From Horticoccus luteus (lineage in GTDB: Bacteria > Verrucomicrobiota > Verrucomicrobiia > Opitutales > Opitutaceae): 32,000 nt of DNA. Shown in pieces: positions 1 to 9,587 of the stretch (the first letter of the stretch is position 1; each line of letters starts with the position of its first letter). The stretch lies in the NCBI RefSeq assembly GCF_019464535.1, contig NZ_CP080507.1, positions 2,460,001 through 2,492,000 of the forward strand, given 5' to 3'. The position numbers and the translations under genes are program-made. Below the pieces are notes generated by a model that did no database searches, was not told the DNA's origin, and saw only the letters and a list, made by a program, of their open reading frames with translations.

Positions 1-1375
1 ACACCGCCGGCCGCTCCGCCCCATGCGCGATGCCCAGCGCGGTCGATAACGTGCCATCGATCCCGCTCGCGCCGCGGCTCGTGAACGTCTCGATCCGCGC
101 GTCCGTCGCCGCCCAGAAATATTCCAGATCCCGCACCGGCATGCTGTTCGCCACGAAAAGCGGCGTTCCTTCCGGCAGCGTCTGCTGCAGCACGCGCGCG
201 ATCTTCCCCTCGAACAACGTCTCCTCGCGATCCACCTCCGCCGCGATCGCCGTCGCCACGCGCGCATTCGCCTCATACCAACGCCCCGCATAATCGCTTT
301 CGGCCGCCTCCGCCCGCTCCGGCAACGCCGCCGCCAGGGTCTCCGCGCTCACCTCCAGCGATCGCGCCGCCCCATGCACCGCATCGCGATTCACCACCCG
401 CTCGCTCGCGAACCACAGCGGCACGCCGTCAAGACTCCGCAGCCATTCGCGCAACACCTTGCTCGTCGGCAACGCCTCCAGCACCAGCACCGCCTCGGGC
501 CGCAGTTGCGCCGCGACGCTCTGGGCCCGCAACAGCGCATCGTAATGCGTCACCATCGGCCCGACCTCCGCCGCTCGATTGCGCAACGGCGACAGCGCAT
601 CCGCCAACACCGGCCAGCCCAGCTTCCGTCCGATCCTCCCGACCGCCCGCGCATACGCCGCACCGCCCGGCCCTTGTCTTGACCCGCCAATCACCACGCC
701 GTTCGCCGGCCACGCCGGCAACTCCGGCGCGGCGAAAACCGGCGTTCGCGACGGACTGAGATGCGCGAAAAAATCCTCCGTTACCAGCCCCGCCGCGCGT
801 TGCTCCGTGCCATCCGGCAACGGTGGCAACGGATCGCGAAACGGCGCGTTCAAGTGCACCGGCCCGCGTTGCGGTGTGAGAGTGCGCCCGACCGCGTGCG
901 CCACCATCTGCCGCGCATAACGCAGCATCGCCGCGTTCGCCTCGGGCACCGCCAGCTCATGATAGAAATTCACGTGCGCCCCGTAAAACTTCTGCTGGTC
1001 GATCGTCTGGCCCGACGAACAATCCCGCATCTCCGGCGGACGATCCGCCGTGAAAACCAGCAGCGGCGCACCGCTCTCCTCCGCCTCGATCACCGCCGGA
1101 AAGTAATTCGCACCCGCCGTGCCCGACGTGCAGACCAGCACCACCGGCCGGTCCTCGCGCCGCGCCAGCCCCAGCGCGAAAAACGCCGCCGAGCGCTCGT
1201 CGAGCACCGGCACCACCTCGATCTCTTCGTGTCGCACCAGCGCCATCGTGAGCGGCGTCGACCGCGACCCCGGCGAGATCACCGCACGCGTCACGCCGCA
1301 TCGCACCAGCGTTTCTGCGATCACGCTGCACCACAGCGCATTCACGTTTCGAAAATCGAGCGCCGTCGTTTTCAT
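1..1375 (-). CDS. menD: 2-succinyl-5-enolpyruvyl-6-hydroxy-3-cyclohexene-1-carboxylate (SEPHCHC) synthase, N-terminal part (runs off window)
   Basis: Absent from the ORF track because it is open to the window edge. Hand translation of the minus strand from ATG 1375-1373 gives MKTTALDFRNVNALWCSVIAETLVRCGVTRAVISPGSRSTPLTMALVRHEEIEVVPVLDERSAAFFALGLARREDRPVVLVCTSGTAGANYFPAVIEAEESGAPLLVFTADRPPE. This is a typical MenD ThDP-enzyme N-terminus. No closed minus-strand ORF in this phase is listed between 1 and 1375. ATGA overlap with the menF stop (1372-1375). Confidence 0.8.
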   Translation of the reverse strand, partial: MKTTALDFRNVNALWCSVIAETLVRCGVTRAVISPGSRSTPLTMALVRHEEIEVVPVLDERSAAFFALGLARREDRPVVLVCTSGTAGANYFPAVIEAEESGAPLLVFTADRPPEMRDCSSGQTIDQQKFYGAHVNFYHELAVPEANAAMLRYARQMVAHAVGRTLTPQRGPVHLNAPFRDPLPPLPDGTEQRAAGLVTEDFFAHLSPSRTPVFAAPELPAWPANGVVIGGSRQGPGGAAYARAVGRIGRKLGWPVLADALSPLRNRAAEVGPMVTHYDALLRAQSVAAQLRPEAVLVLEALPTSKVLREWLRSLDGVPLWFASERVVNRDAVHGAARSLEVSAETLAAALPERAEAAESDYAGRWYEANARVATAIAAEVDREETLFEGKIARVLQQTLPEGTPLFVANSMPVRDLEYFWAATDARIETFTSRGASGIDGTLSTALGIAHGAERPAV

Positions 1376-2805
1376 GGCGCGAGCAACGCCTCCTGCATCG
1401 CGCGAAACTTCCACTCCGCCTCCGCGAATTCCTGTTCCGGCGACGATCCTGCCACGATGCCCGCACCCGCGTAGAGCCGCGCCGTCGCGCCCTCCACCAA
1501 CGCCGACCGCAGCCCGAGGAAAAACTCGCCGTCGCCCCGACCGTCGATCCAGCCGATCGCGCCCGCATACAGCCCGCGCGGAAACGCCTCGTGCTCGCGA
1601 ATCCGCGCCACCGCCGCCGCGCGCGGCGTGCCGCCCACCGCCGGCGTCGGATACAACCGGCTCAACACCTCGCCGACCCTCACGTCGTCCGGCAGCCGCG
1701 CACGCACCGGCGTATGCAGATGCTGCACATTCGCGAAACGCCGCAGCACGGGCCGCTGCGGATATTCCGGCACGAGGCTCAGTTCCCTCAGCCGCCGCAC
1801 GATCGAGCCCAGCACCGCCCGGTGCTCGCGCAGATCTTTTTCGCTGCGCAGCAGCGCCCCGCCCACCGCCGCATCTTCGCTCGCCGTCGCGCCGCGCGGC
1901 GCCGATCCCGCGAGCGCTTCCGTCGTCAACACCTGCGCCTGCACGCGCAGGAGCCGCTCCGGACTCGCGCCGATGAAGCTCTGCCCGCGCCCGTTCGCCA
2001 CGGAAAACGAATAGCAGTCGCCAAAACGCTGCCGCAGGCCGTTGAGCACGCGCAACGGATGCAGCGGCGCCGCCGCCGTGAGATCTTTCGCCCGCGCGAG
2101 CACGATTTTCTGAAACTCGCCGCTCGCAATTTCCTCCAGCGCCCGCGCCACGCTGCGTTGATAAAATCCATCCGACCCTACATCGCGCAACGTCGCCGCG
2201 ACGTCCGGCGCCCCGGCCGCCACCGGAAATTCCGGCGTGCTGTAATCGAAGGCCCGGAATTTCCCGTGCGCGCGCCACACCCGCGCCGCCAGTGCGTGCA
2301 GATCGCTGCCCGCCTCGATCAGCAGGTTCGCCACCGCCACCGTGCGCCCGGCGCGCTGCGACACCTGCCAGCGCGGCACAAAGACACTCGCCGCCGCAAA
2401 GGCTTCTCCCGGCTCGGTCTCCGCAAAAAAACTGAACGCCGCGAAAAAATGCGGCCCCGTGAGCGACGCCCCCAGATCGCCGACCGCGATCGTATTCGCG
2501 AGAGTCTCGTCGATGAACCGCTGCACCGCGGCGAACCGCTCCGGCCCTTTCGCCTCGAACGCGAGCACCGCCTCCGCCCCCGCCACCGCCAGCCCTTCCG
2601 CCGGACGCTCGACATAAAAATGCCGCTCGCCCGGCTCGAAAATCGACTCGAGCACCGCGAGCGGATCGAGCGCCTCCACCTCCACCGAAATACTCGCCAA
2701 TTGCGCGCGACCGCGCTGCCTCGCCGCCGCCTGCACCTGCGCCAAAAAATCCTCCAGCGCCGCCGGCGTCGGATTCGCCGTTGGATCAAGCGGGAGGATC
2801 GTCAT
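1372..2805 (-). CDS. menF: isochorismate synthase
   Basis: Track ORF 1372..2937, trimmed to ATG 2805 (MTILPLDPT...). Chorismate-binding C-terminus GGTPRAAAVARIREHEAFPRGLYAGAIGWIDGRGDGEFFLGLRSA. Directly upstream of, and overlapping, menD. Confidence 0.85.
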   Translation of the reverse strand: MTILPLDPTANPTPAALEDFLAQVQAAARQRGRAQLASISVEVEALDPLAVLESIFEPGERHFYVERPAEGLAVAGAEAVLAFEAKGPERFAAVQRFIDETLANTIAVGDLGASLTGPHFFAAFSFFAETEPGEAFAAASVFVPRWQVSQRAGRTVAVANLLIEAGSDLHALAARVWRAHGKFRAFDYSTPEFPVAAGAPDVAATLRDVGSDGFYQRSVARALEEIASGEFQKIVLARAKDLTAAAPLHPLRVLNGLRQRFGDCYSFSVANGRGQSFIGASPERLLRVQAQVLTTEALAGSAPRGATASEDAAVGGALLRSEKDLREHRAVLGSIVRRLRELSLVPEYPQRPVLRRFANVQHLHTPVRARLPDDVRVGEVLSRLYPTPAVGGTPRAAAVARIREHEAFPRGLYAGAIGWIDGRGDGEFFLGLRSALVEGATARLYAGAGIVAGSSPEQEFAEAEWKFRAMQEALLAP

Positions 2806-2815
2806 GGCCGCGCGC

Positions 2816-4363
2816 TTAAACCGGTTTGCCGCCCGCCTTTTCCGGCGCCTGCGGCCGCGGGAACAGCACCAGCCCCGCCGCGACTTTGCGCCCGGCGAGC
2901 CGCCCGTCCCACGCGAGCTCCGCTCGCCAGTCCGCACCCGGCGTGTAGTCGAGCGCCGCGAGGATCTTCGCCGCCGCGCCCGGAATCACCGCCTGCAGCA
3001 ACGATGCCGCCAGCCGCAACGCCTCCGCCATGGTCGCCAGCGACGCGCGCAACGTCGCCTGGTCCTTCGCCTCGGCGGATTTGCCGAGTTTCCACGGCGC
3101 GCGCTTTTCGATGTAGGCGTTCGTCTCCGTGAGAAACGTCATCGCCCGCTCCAGCGCGGTGTGAAACTGAAAGCCCTCGCTCAGCGTGATGAACTCGTCG
3201 CGCGTCCGCGCCCACAGCGCGCGCAGCGATTCGTCGAGCTCGTCGCCGCTCTCGCCCGCCGGCACGGCGCCCGCCGCAAAACGCGTTGTCATGTTCAACG
3301 TGCGGTTGACGAGGTTGCCCAGATTGTTCGCGAGTTCGCTGTTGTAGCGCACGAGAAACTGTTCGCGCGTGAAGTCGCTGTCCTGCCCGACATTCATCTC
3401 GCGAATCAGGAAATAGCGAAACGCATCCGCGCCGAATTCGGTCACGAGCTCCAAGGGATTGAGCGCGTTGCCCGTGCTCTTCGACATCTTCGCCCCGCTC
3501 TGCAGCCACCAGCCGTGCACGAGCAGATGCTCCGGCAACGCGAGCCCCGCCGCGTGCAGCATGATCGGCCAGTAAACCGCATGCGGCGGCACGAGAATGT
3601 CCTTGCCGATCACGTGATACGTCGCCGGCCACACGCCCGGCTGATCCGCCACTGCCGAGTAATAATTCAGCAGCGCGTCGAACCACACATACGTCACGTA
3701 GGTCTCGTCAAACGGCAGCGGAATCCCCCACTCAAGGCGTTCCTTCGGACGCGAAATGCACAGGTCGTTCAGCGGATCCTTCAGAAACTCCAGCACCTGC
3801 TTCTGCCGGTAACGCGGAAAAACAAAGTCCTCATTCTGCGTGAGAAACTCCACCAGCCACGCCTGATACGCCTTCAGTTTGAAGAAGTAATTCGACTCCG
3901 TGATTTCCGTCACCTCGCCAAAAATTTCCGGCCAGCTCCCATCCGGATTGCGGTCCTTCTCCTGCAAAAACTGCTCCTGCCGCGTCGAATAAAATCCCTT
4001 GTATTCGGCCTGGTAGATTTCCCCTTTGTCGAACAACTGCTGCAGCACCGCGCGCACGACTTTCTTGTGCCGCTCTTCGGTCGTGCGGATGAAGTCGTCG
4101 TTCGACACTTCGAGGCGCGTGCACAGGTTCCGAAACTCCTGCGACACCTCGTCGCAAAACGCCTGCGGCGCGATGCCGCGTTTCCGCGCGCTCTGCTGCA
4201 CCTTCTGCCCGTGCTCGTCCACGCCGGTCAGGAAATGCACGCGATCCCCCATCAACCGCCGGAAGCGCGCGATCACATCGGTCAGCACTTTTTCGTAAGC
4301 GTGACCGAGGTGAGGCGAGCCATTCACATAATCGATGGCGGTGGTGATATAGAACGACTTCAT
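2816..4363 (-). CDS. metG: methionine--tRNA ligase
   Basis: Track ORF 2816..4504, trimmed to ATG 4363 (MKSFYITTAIDYVNGSPHLGHAYE contains the HIGH motif; AKMSKSTGN is the KMSKS motif). Confidence 0.92.
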   Translation of the reverse strand: MKSFYITTAIDYVNGSPHLGHAYEKVLTDVIARFRRLMGDRVHFLTGVDEHGQKVQQSARKRGIAPQAFCDEVSQEFRNLCTRLEVSNDDFIRTTEERHKKVVRAVLQQLFDKGEIYQAEYKGFYSTRQEQFLQEKDRNPDGSWPEIFGEVTEITESNYFFKLKAYQAWLVEFLTQNEDFVFPRYRQKQVLEFLKDPLNDLCISRPKERLEWGIPLPFDETYVTYVWFDALLNYYSAVADQPGVWPATYHVIGKDILVPPHAVYWPIMLHAAGLALPEHLLVHGWWLQSGAKMSKSTGNALNPLELVTEFGADAFRYFLIREMNVGQDSDFTREQFLVRYNSELANNLGNLVNRTLNMTTRFAAGAVPAGESGDELDESLRALWARTRDEFITLSEGFQFHTALERAMTFLTETNAYIEKRAPWKLGKSAEAKDQATLRASLATMAEALRLAASLLQAVIPGAAAKILAALDYTPGADWRAELAWDGRLAGRKVAAGLVLFPRPQAPEKAGGKPV

Positions 4364-4457
4364 GCGTGAGCCCGCCAACGAAAGCCGGCCCGCGCCAAAT
4401 GTCGAAAGTTTTGACGCTGCCCGGAGCGCCCCGCACCCTCGCCGCACTCCCCGCGTC

Positions 4458-5669
4458 ATGTCGTCGCTCACCCGCCTCACGCTCTCCGTGGCCCTCCTGC
4501 TCATCGCGGGCCTGATCGCGGGCGCCGTGCTCGAGCAGGCGATGCACCGCCAGTCGGCTCAACTCACCCACGACTTGATCAACGCCCGCCGCCAGCAACT
4601 CGCCGCCGCGCTCGCGCTCGCTCGCACGCCCGCTCCTGATTCCGCCCAACTCGCCGCCATCGGCGCGTCCATCGGCGCCGACGTCGCGTTCGCCAGTGAA
4701 CCCACGCCCCCGCGCGCCGGCCGCCTCACCTTCGTCTATCCGCTCGCCGACGGCCGCGCCCTGCGCATCACGCTCGCCAAACCCACCGCCTGGCGCGCGC
4801 TGTCCGTCTCCACGTGGACGCTCGCCGTTCTCCTTTTGCTCGTGCTCGCCGGCCTGCCCGTCGCCTATCTCCTCGGCTCCGCCCGCCGCGCGCCCGCCGA
4901 GCCGGCCGCCTCCGCCGCCGATGTCAGCCAAACGAGTCTCGCCCGCCTCGCCGAAACCACCGCCGCTCAAACCGTCGCGCTCGATCGCGAACGCGCCGTC
5001 CGCCGCCGCGCCGAAGACGACGCCCAGTTGAAACAGCGGCTCCTCACTCAATCCCTCGAAGACAAAATCCGCCTCGGCCACGACTTGCACGACGGCATCA
5101 TCCAGTCGCTCTACGCCGTCGGCCTCACGCTCGAATCCGCCCGCACGCTCCTCCCTCGTGATCCCGCCGCGGCCGACCAACGCCTCGAACAATGCCGCGA
5201 CGCGCTCAACGGCACCATTCGCGAAGTGCGCGCCTACATCACCGGCCTCGCCCCGCAAAACCTCTCCAGCGCCACGTTTCTGCGCACGCTGCAGTCTCTC
5301 CTCGGCGACCTCGCCCGCGACCGCGGCACCGCCCTCGAATTCAAGCTCGAAGCCGACGCCACCGCGCGCCTCACCTCCGAGCAGGCGACCGAGGTCGTGC
5401 AAATCGCGCGCGAAGCCGTCAGCAACGCCGTCCGCCACGGCCGCGCCCGCCACATCGTGATCGCCGCCGCCGGCGACCACGAATTCGCCTTCTCCATCGC
5501 CGACGACGGCTCCGGTTTCGATCCCACGGCCGCCCGCAGCAGCGGCTTCGGCCTTCACTCCCTGCAAGCGCGCGCCGCCCGCCTCGCCGGCCGTTGCGAA
5601 GTTCACAGCCAGCCCGGCGCCGGCACTCGCGTTTCCCTCGTGTTTCCTTTTCCGTCCTCCCCGGCATGA
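4458..5669 (+). CDS. sensor histidine kinase, HisKA_3/NarX-DegS type
   Basis: Track ORF 4362..5669. ATG 4458 is preferred because MSSLTRLTLSVALLLIAGL is a TM helix and 4362 would overlap the divergent metG start. H-box HDLHDGIIQSLYAVGL; ATPase boxes DDGSGF and GFGLHSLQ. Second TM at WTLAVLLLLVLAGLPVAYLL. Confidence 0.85.
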   Translation: MSSLTRLTLSVALLLIAGLIAGAVLEQAMHRQSAQLTHDLINARRQQLAAALALARTPAPDSAQLAAIGASIGADVAFASEPTPPRAGRLTFVYPLADGRALRITLAKPTAWRALSVSTWTLAVLLLLVLAGLPVAYLLGSARRAPAEPAASAADVSQTSLARLAETTAAQTVALDRERAVRRRAEDDAQLKQRLLTQSLEDKIRLGHDLHDGIIQSLYAVGLTLESARTLLPRDPAAADQRLEQCRDALNGTIREVRAYITGLAPQNLSSATFLRTLQSLLGDLARDRGTALEFKLEADATARLTSEQATEVVQIAREAVSNAVRHGRARHIVIAAAGDHEFAFSIADDGSGFDPTAARSSGFGLHSLQARAARLAGRCEVHSQPGAGTRVSLVFPFPSSPA

Positions 5670-6322
5670 CTTCACCGGCTCGCATTTCCGTGCTGCTCGT
5701 CGACGACAGCGAAGTCGTCCGCCTCGGCCTGCGCACGCTCCTCGGCGCCGAACCCGATCTGCACGTCGTCGCCGAGGCCGGCACCATCGCCGACGCCCTG
5801 CGTCTTGCCGCCACTGCGAAGCCGGCCGTCATTCTCCTCGACGTCCGCCTGCCCGACGGCAACGGCGTGGACGCCTGCCGCGAATTGATGCGCCGCCACC
5901 CCGCCGCCCGCATCATCATGCTCACCTCGATGGCGGACGACCAGCTCGTCGAAGACGCGATCCGCGCCGGTGCCCACGGCTATTTGCTGAAAGATATCAA
6001 CGCCCGCGGTCTCGTGCAGGCGATCCGCGATGCCGCCGCGGGCAAGTCCACGCTCGATCCCGCCATCACCGCCCGCGTCCTCGCGCTCGCCCGTTCCGGC
6101 GCCCCCAGCAGCACCGCGCCTTCGCCCCTGGCCGCGCTCTCCGCCCAGGAGCAACGCGTGCTCGCGCTGATCGCCAAAGGCCGCACGAACAAGGAGGTCG
6201 CGATGGAGCTCAATCTCGCCGAAAAAACCGTGAAGAATTACCTCAGTAATCTCTTCGAAAAGCTCCACGTCTCGCGCCGCGCGGAGGCCGCCGCGCTCTA
6301 CGCGCAGGAAAACAAATCCTGA
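5666..6322 (+). CDS. response regulator, NarL/FixJ (LuxR-type HTH) family
   Basis: Track ORF 5192..6322, trimmed to ATG 5666 (ATGA overlap with the kinase stop). REC domain: ISVLLVDDSEVVRLGL...ILLDVRLPDGNG. HTH: LSAQEQRVLALIAKGRTNKEVAMELNLAEKTVKNYLSNLFEKL. Confidence 0.9.
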   Translation: MTSPARISVLLVDDSEVVRLGLRTLLGAEPDLHVVAEAGTIADALRLAATAKPAVILLDVRLPDGNGVDACRELMRRHPAARIIMLTSMADDQLVEDAIRAGAHGYLLKDINARGLVQAIRDAAAGKSTLDPAITARVLALARSGAPSSTAPSPLAALSAQEQRVLALIAKGRTNKEVAMELNLAEKTVKNYLSNLFEKLHVSRRAEAAALYAQENKS

Positions 6323-6329
6323 CGCCCGC

Positions 6330-6944
6330 TCAGCGCCCGCCGTGGTTTTCCGCCCGCCACCACGCTGAAAATTTCCGCCACGCGTCCGCGCGATGGCTCA
6401 GCCGGTTCTTCGCCTCGTCGCCCAGCTGCGCGAAGGTGATCGTCTCATTCGCCGGCACAAACAACGGATCATAACCAAAGCCGCCTCCGCCCGCCGGTTC
6501 GCGCAACAACATCCCGTCCGCGCGCCCCTCAAAGGCCTGCTCGCGACCGTCCGGCGCGATCAGCACCAGCACGCACACGAAATGCGCGCCGCGTCGCTCC
6601 GCCGGCACCGCGCGCAACGCCTTCACCAGCTTCTGCAAATTCGCCGCGCCGTCGCCCTGCGGCCCCGCGTAGTAGGCCGACTCGACGCCCGGCGCGCCGC
6701 TGAGCGCATCGACGCACAGTCCGCTGTCGTCGGCCAGCACCCACGCCTCCGCCGGCGCGATGGCGCGCAACGCCCGCGCCTTTTTCCCCGCGTTGCCGAT
6801 AAACGTCCCCGTGTCCTCCTCGACCGCCGGCATCCCGCCCACCGCCCGCGCGGATTCCAGCTGCACGCCGAGCCCGTCCGCCGCCGCGAGCGCCTGCAGC
6901 TCGGCCACTTTATGCGCGTTGCCTGATGCGACGATGATCCGCAC
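6330..6944 (-). CDS. rdgB: non-canonical purine NTP (dITP/XTP) pyrophosphatase, RdgB/HAM1 family
   Basis: 204-aa ORF with a GTG start at 6944. (V)RIIVASGNAHKVAELQ N-terminus, GFGYDPLF and SHR motifs typical of RdgB. Confidence 0.85.
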   Translation of the reverse strand: MRIIVASGNAHKVAELQALAAADGLGVQLESARAVGGMPAVEEDTGTFIGNAGKKARALRAIAPAEAWVLADDSGLCVDALSGAPGVESAYYAGPQGDGAANLQKLVKALRAVPAERRGAHFVCVLVLIAPDGREQAFEGRADGMLLREPAGGGGFGYDPLFVPANETITFAQLGDEAKNRLSHRADAWRKFSAWWRAENHGGR

Positions 6945-6955
6945 AACGCGCGCCC

Positions 6956-8119
6956 TCAGCCCGACCGCAGACTGAACATCGTTTCGTCCACCATCATCTT
7001 CTCCGGATACACCACGTGTCCGCGCGTGAGATCGTCTTCGCCGAAATTTTCGTGCCGCACATCGCGCAGGCGCACCGCGTCCTTGACCCGCTCCGGCCGC
7101 AAGCCCGAGAAAATGCTCTTCGCTTTTTCATCGGCCAGCAGCAGCGGCGCCCGATAGAGAAACAGGTAATCCAGCTCCCGGTCGCGCACGAGCTCGCTGA
7201 GCAATTGCGCCCCGCCTTCGAAATACACACCCGTGATTTTCTCCTCGGCGCAGCGCCGGCGAAACTCGGCAAATGACACGCGTTGCGTCGCCGAATCCAG
7301 GCACCACACCTTCACCCCCATCTCCCGCAATTTCCGCACGTAGCCCAGGCCGCCGTGCGGTGTCGTCACCACGATCGTGCGCTCGCGATGCTCGTCGGTG
7401 TAAACCCGCGGCAGGTTCTTATCCACGACCGTCCGCAGCAACCCGTCGAACACGAACCGCCACGGGCACCACTCGTCGCCCTCGCGCCGCGCCGTCAACC
7501 GCGGATTGTCCTTGAGCACCGTCATCGCGCCCACCGCGATGCCCGGAAACAACCGCCGCCAATGGTGCACGTTCGCCCGCGAATCCTCGTTGGTGATCCA
7601 CTGCGAATCGCCCGTGCGGCACGCCACCTTGCCATCCAGCGTCACCGCCGCCTTCGCCGCCAGCAACGGCGTGCGCCGCCGGATCCAGTGCTCGAAAATC
7701 AGATTCAGATCGCTGCACTCGCGCTCCAACACGCCCGTTATCACCTCCACGCCCGCCGTCCGCAGCACCTCGTAGCCGCGCCCCGCGTGGTCCGGATTCG
7801 GGTCGGCCGCGCCCACCACCACCCGCTTCAAACCCGACGCGATGATGGCGTCCGTGCAAGCGCCCGTCCGCCCTTCGGTCGAGCACGGCTCCATCGTCAC
7901 ATACAACGTCGCTCCCGGCCGCGGCGGCTTCCCGCGCGCCAGCAACGCCAGCCGCTCCGCATGCGGGCCGCCGTCCGGCGCCGTCGCGCCTTCGGCCACG
8001 ATTTTCCCGTCCTCGACGATCACCGCACCGACCATCGGATTCGGATGCGTCGTGCCCCACACGCCGCGCGCCAGTTCCAGCGCACGTTGCATGAAACGCT
8101 CGTGTTCAACCGCGGACAT
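6956..8119 (-). CDS. ribD: bifunctional diaminohydroxyphosphoribosylaminopyrimidine deaminase / 5-amino-6-(5-phosphoribosylamino)uracil reductase
   Basis: Track ORF 6956..8389, trimmed to ATG 8119 (MSAVEHERFMQRALELA...). Deaminase zinc motifs HAERLAL and MEPCSTEGRTGAC. C-terminal reductase part LAAKAAVTLDGKVA. Confidence 0.88.
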   Translation of the reverse strand: MSAVEHERFMQRALELARGVWGTTHPNPMVGAVIVEDGKIVAEGATAPDGGPHAERLALLARGKPPRPGATLYVTMEPCSTEGRTGACTDAIIASGLKRVVVGAADPNPDHAGRGYEVLRTAGVEVITGVLERECSDLNLIFEHWIRRRTPLLAAKAAVTLDGKVACRTGDSQWITNEDSRANVHHWRRLFPGIAVGAMTVLKDNPRLTARREGDEWCPWRFVFDGLLRTVVDKNLPRVYTDEHRERTIVVTTPHGGLGYVRKLREMGVKVWCLDSATQRVSFAEFRRRCAEEKITGVYFEGGAQLLSELVRDRELDYLFLYRAPLLLADEKAKSIFSGLRPERVKDAVRLRDVRHENFGEDDLTRGHVVYPEKMMVDETMFSLRSG

Positions 8120-8741
8120 ACGGATTGCCCTCCTTCTCGGCGCCCACCGTCGTCGGCTCTCCGTGCCCCGGATAAACCGCGGTCGCGTCGGGCAGCGCAT
8201 AGATCTGCGTGCGGATCGCGTTCTCCAATTGCGCAAAATTTCCGCCCGGCAAATCCGTTCGCCCGATGCTGCCGTTGAACAACGCATCGCCGACAAACGC
8301 CGCCTGGGCCGCGGGCAGATAAAACAACACGTTGCCCGGACAATGCCCCGGCACATGGCGCACCTCAACGTCCATCCCGAGCGCCGCAAACCGCGTCCCC
8401 TGCTCCACCCACTCGTCGACCATCACCGCCTCGAGCTGGAGGCCCGGCATGAGAAACGCGCTCATCACCTCCGGCGTTTCATAAAGCGCACGATCCGCGC
8501 GATGCCCGCGCACCCGCGCCTGCGTGGCCCGCACGACTTCCGCGGCGCCCTGCGTATGGTCCCAATGCCCATGCGTCAGCCAGAGTTCCCGCAACGCGCA
8601 TTTCTCCGTGGCAAGCAGCGGCGCGACGTCCGCCCACACGTTTCCCGGCGCATCGATCAGCACCGCCTCGCCGCGTTCGGGCGCGGTGAGCAGATAAGCA
8701 TTCGTCTGGATCGGACCGGCAGGCAGCACATGCAACGTCAC
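8106..8741 (-). CDS. MBL-fold metallo-hydrolase (glyoxalase II-like)
   Basis: Track ORF 8106..8960. The upstream part reads through REP-like repeats, so I place the start at GTG 8741 (VTLHVLPAGPIQTNAYLL...). HxHxDH motif THGHWDH. 14-nt overlap with the ribD start. The start codon is uncertain. Confidence 0.75.
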   Translation of the reverse strand: MTLHVLPAGPIQTNAYLLTAPERGEAVLIDAPGNVWADVAPLLATEKCALRELWLTHGHWDHTQGAAEVVRATQARVRGHRADRALYETPEVMSAFLMPGLQLEAVMVDEWVEQGTRFAALGMDVEVRHVPGHCPGNVLFYLPAAQAAFVGDALFNGSIGRTDLPGGNFAQLENAIRTQIYALPDATAVYPGHGEPTTVGAEKEGNPYVRG

Positions 8742-8866
8742 GCCGCAGAGTCCACGGGCTTTCGCCGCCACCGCAAACGCGAAAAGCAGCCGACCCGCGC
8801 CCGCCAATCGTTCGCGCCCTCCGCATGGTCCTCGTAATCGCAAGCGTTCTCCCGCCCCCGCCCCGC

Positions 8867-8930
8867 CCTGTGGGTCGGGTGCCCTCACCCGGCATTCCGT
8901 TCCTGTGGGTCGGGTGCCCTCACCCGACAT
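8867..8930. repeat. two adjacent copies of a 29-bp REP-like hairpin motif CCTGTGGGTCGGGTGCCCTCACCCG(G/A)CAT
   Basis: Copies at 8867-8895 and 8902-8930. Stem (T/G)CGGGTG, loop CCCTC, stem CACCCG(A/G). The same motif recurs at 9087, 9269 and 9449 inside the tandem repeat. Confidence 0.85.
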
Positions 8931-9015
8931 CTTCCGTGCCGCTCCCTCTCGCCCTTTCACTCCCCCAACCCGAGAAAGATTAAGATAACGATAACGAGCA
9001 CGATCGCCTAATCCG

Positions 9016-9550
9016 CCCGCTCGTCCCGTTGCGGAACGCGTCAGCGTTTCGCCGTCGCGGCCGCGCTCCGCGCTTCACCTCTCATCCCTGTGGGCCGGGT
9101 GCCCTCACCCGGCATCCTTCCGCGCCCCCCTCGGCTCCTTCAGGTTTCAAGTTTCAGCCTTCAGGTTTCCCTCCTCCGTCCCTCCTTCGCCGTCCACCCG
9201 CTCGTCCCGTAGCGGAACGCGTCAGCGTTTCGCCCGTCGCGGCCGCGCTCCGCGCTTCACCTCTCATCCCTGTGGGCCGGGTGCCCTCACCCGGCATCCT
9301 TCCGCGCCCCCCTCTGCTCCTTCAGGTTTCAAGTTTCAGCCTTCACGTTTCCCTCCTCCGTCCCTCCTTCGCCGTCCACCCGCTCGTCCCGTAGCGGAAC
9401 GCGTCAGCGTTTCGCCGTCGCGGCCGCCCTCCGCGCTTCATCCGCGTCCCTGTGGGTCGGGTGCCCTCACCCGGCATCCTTCCGCGCCCCCCTCTGGCTC
9501 CTTCAGGTTTCAAGTTTCAGCCTTCAGGTTTCCCTCCTCCGTCCGCCCTC
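9016..9550. repeat. tandem repeat, 3 units of ~181 bp
   Basis: Unit starts (CCCGCTCGTCCCGT) at 9016, 9197 and 9379. Each unit holds the hairpin GCGGAACGC-GTCA-GCGTTTCGC, the 29-bp REP-like hairpin, and TCAGGTTTCAAGTTTCAGCCTTCAGGTTTCC. It lies between the MBL gene and the 3' end of intI. Confidence 0.9.
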
Positions 9551-9587
9551 CTCCGTTCGTCCTCCGCCGCCCACCCACCCGCCCCCT

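Noticed and set aside
1591-5675. Long ORFs 1591..3132(+), 2804..4369(+) and 3831..5675(-), overlapping menF, metG and the histidine kinase
   Set aside because: They are antisense to well-supported genes (HIGH/KMSKS and chorismate-binding motifs) and have extreme Arg/Pro/Ala/Gly composition with no recognisable domains.
8742-8960. Upstream extensions offered by the ORF track: MBL 8960, ribD 8389, metG 4504, menF 2937, kinase 4362, regulator 5192, intI 11051, recombinase 17145, cassette ORFs 14142/16916/20642
   Set aside because: The extensions run through repeats, neighbouring genes or core sites. Several begin at TTG or GTG, and they add residues absent from the conserved N-termini. Internal ATG or GTG starts give canonical N-termini and sensible gene spacing.
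9016-9550. Possible CRISPR array
   Set aside because: The period is ~181 bp and the whole unit is repeated with no unique spacers. The 29-bp hairpins are separated by the same sequence each time. No cas genes are in the window.
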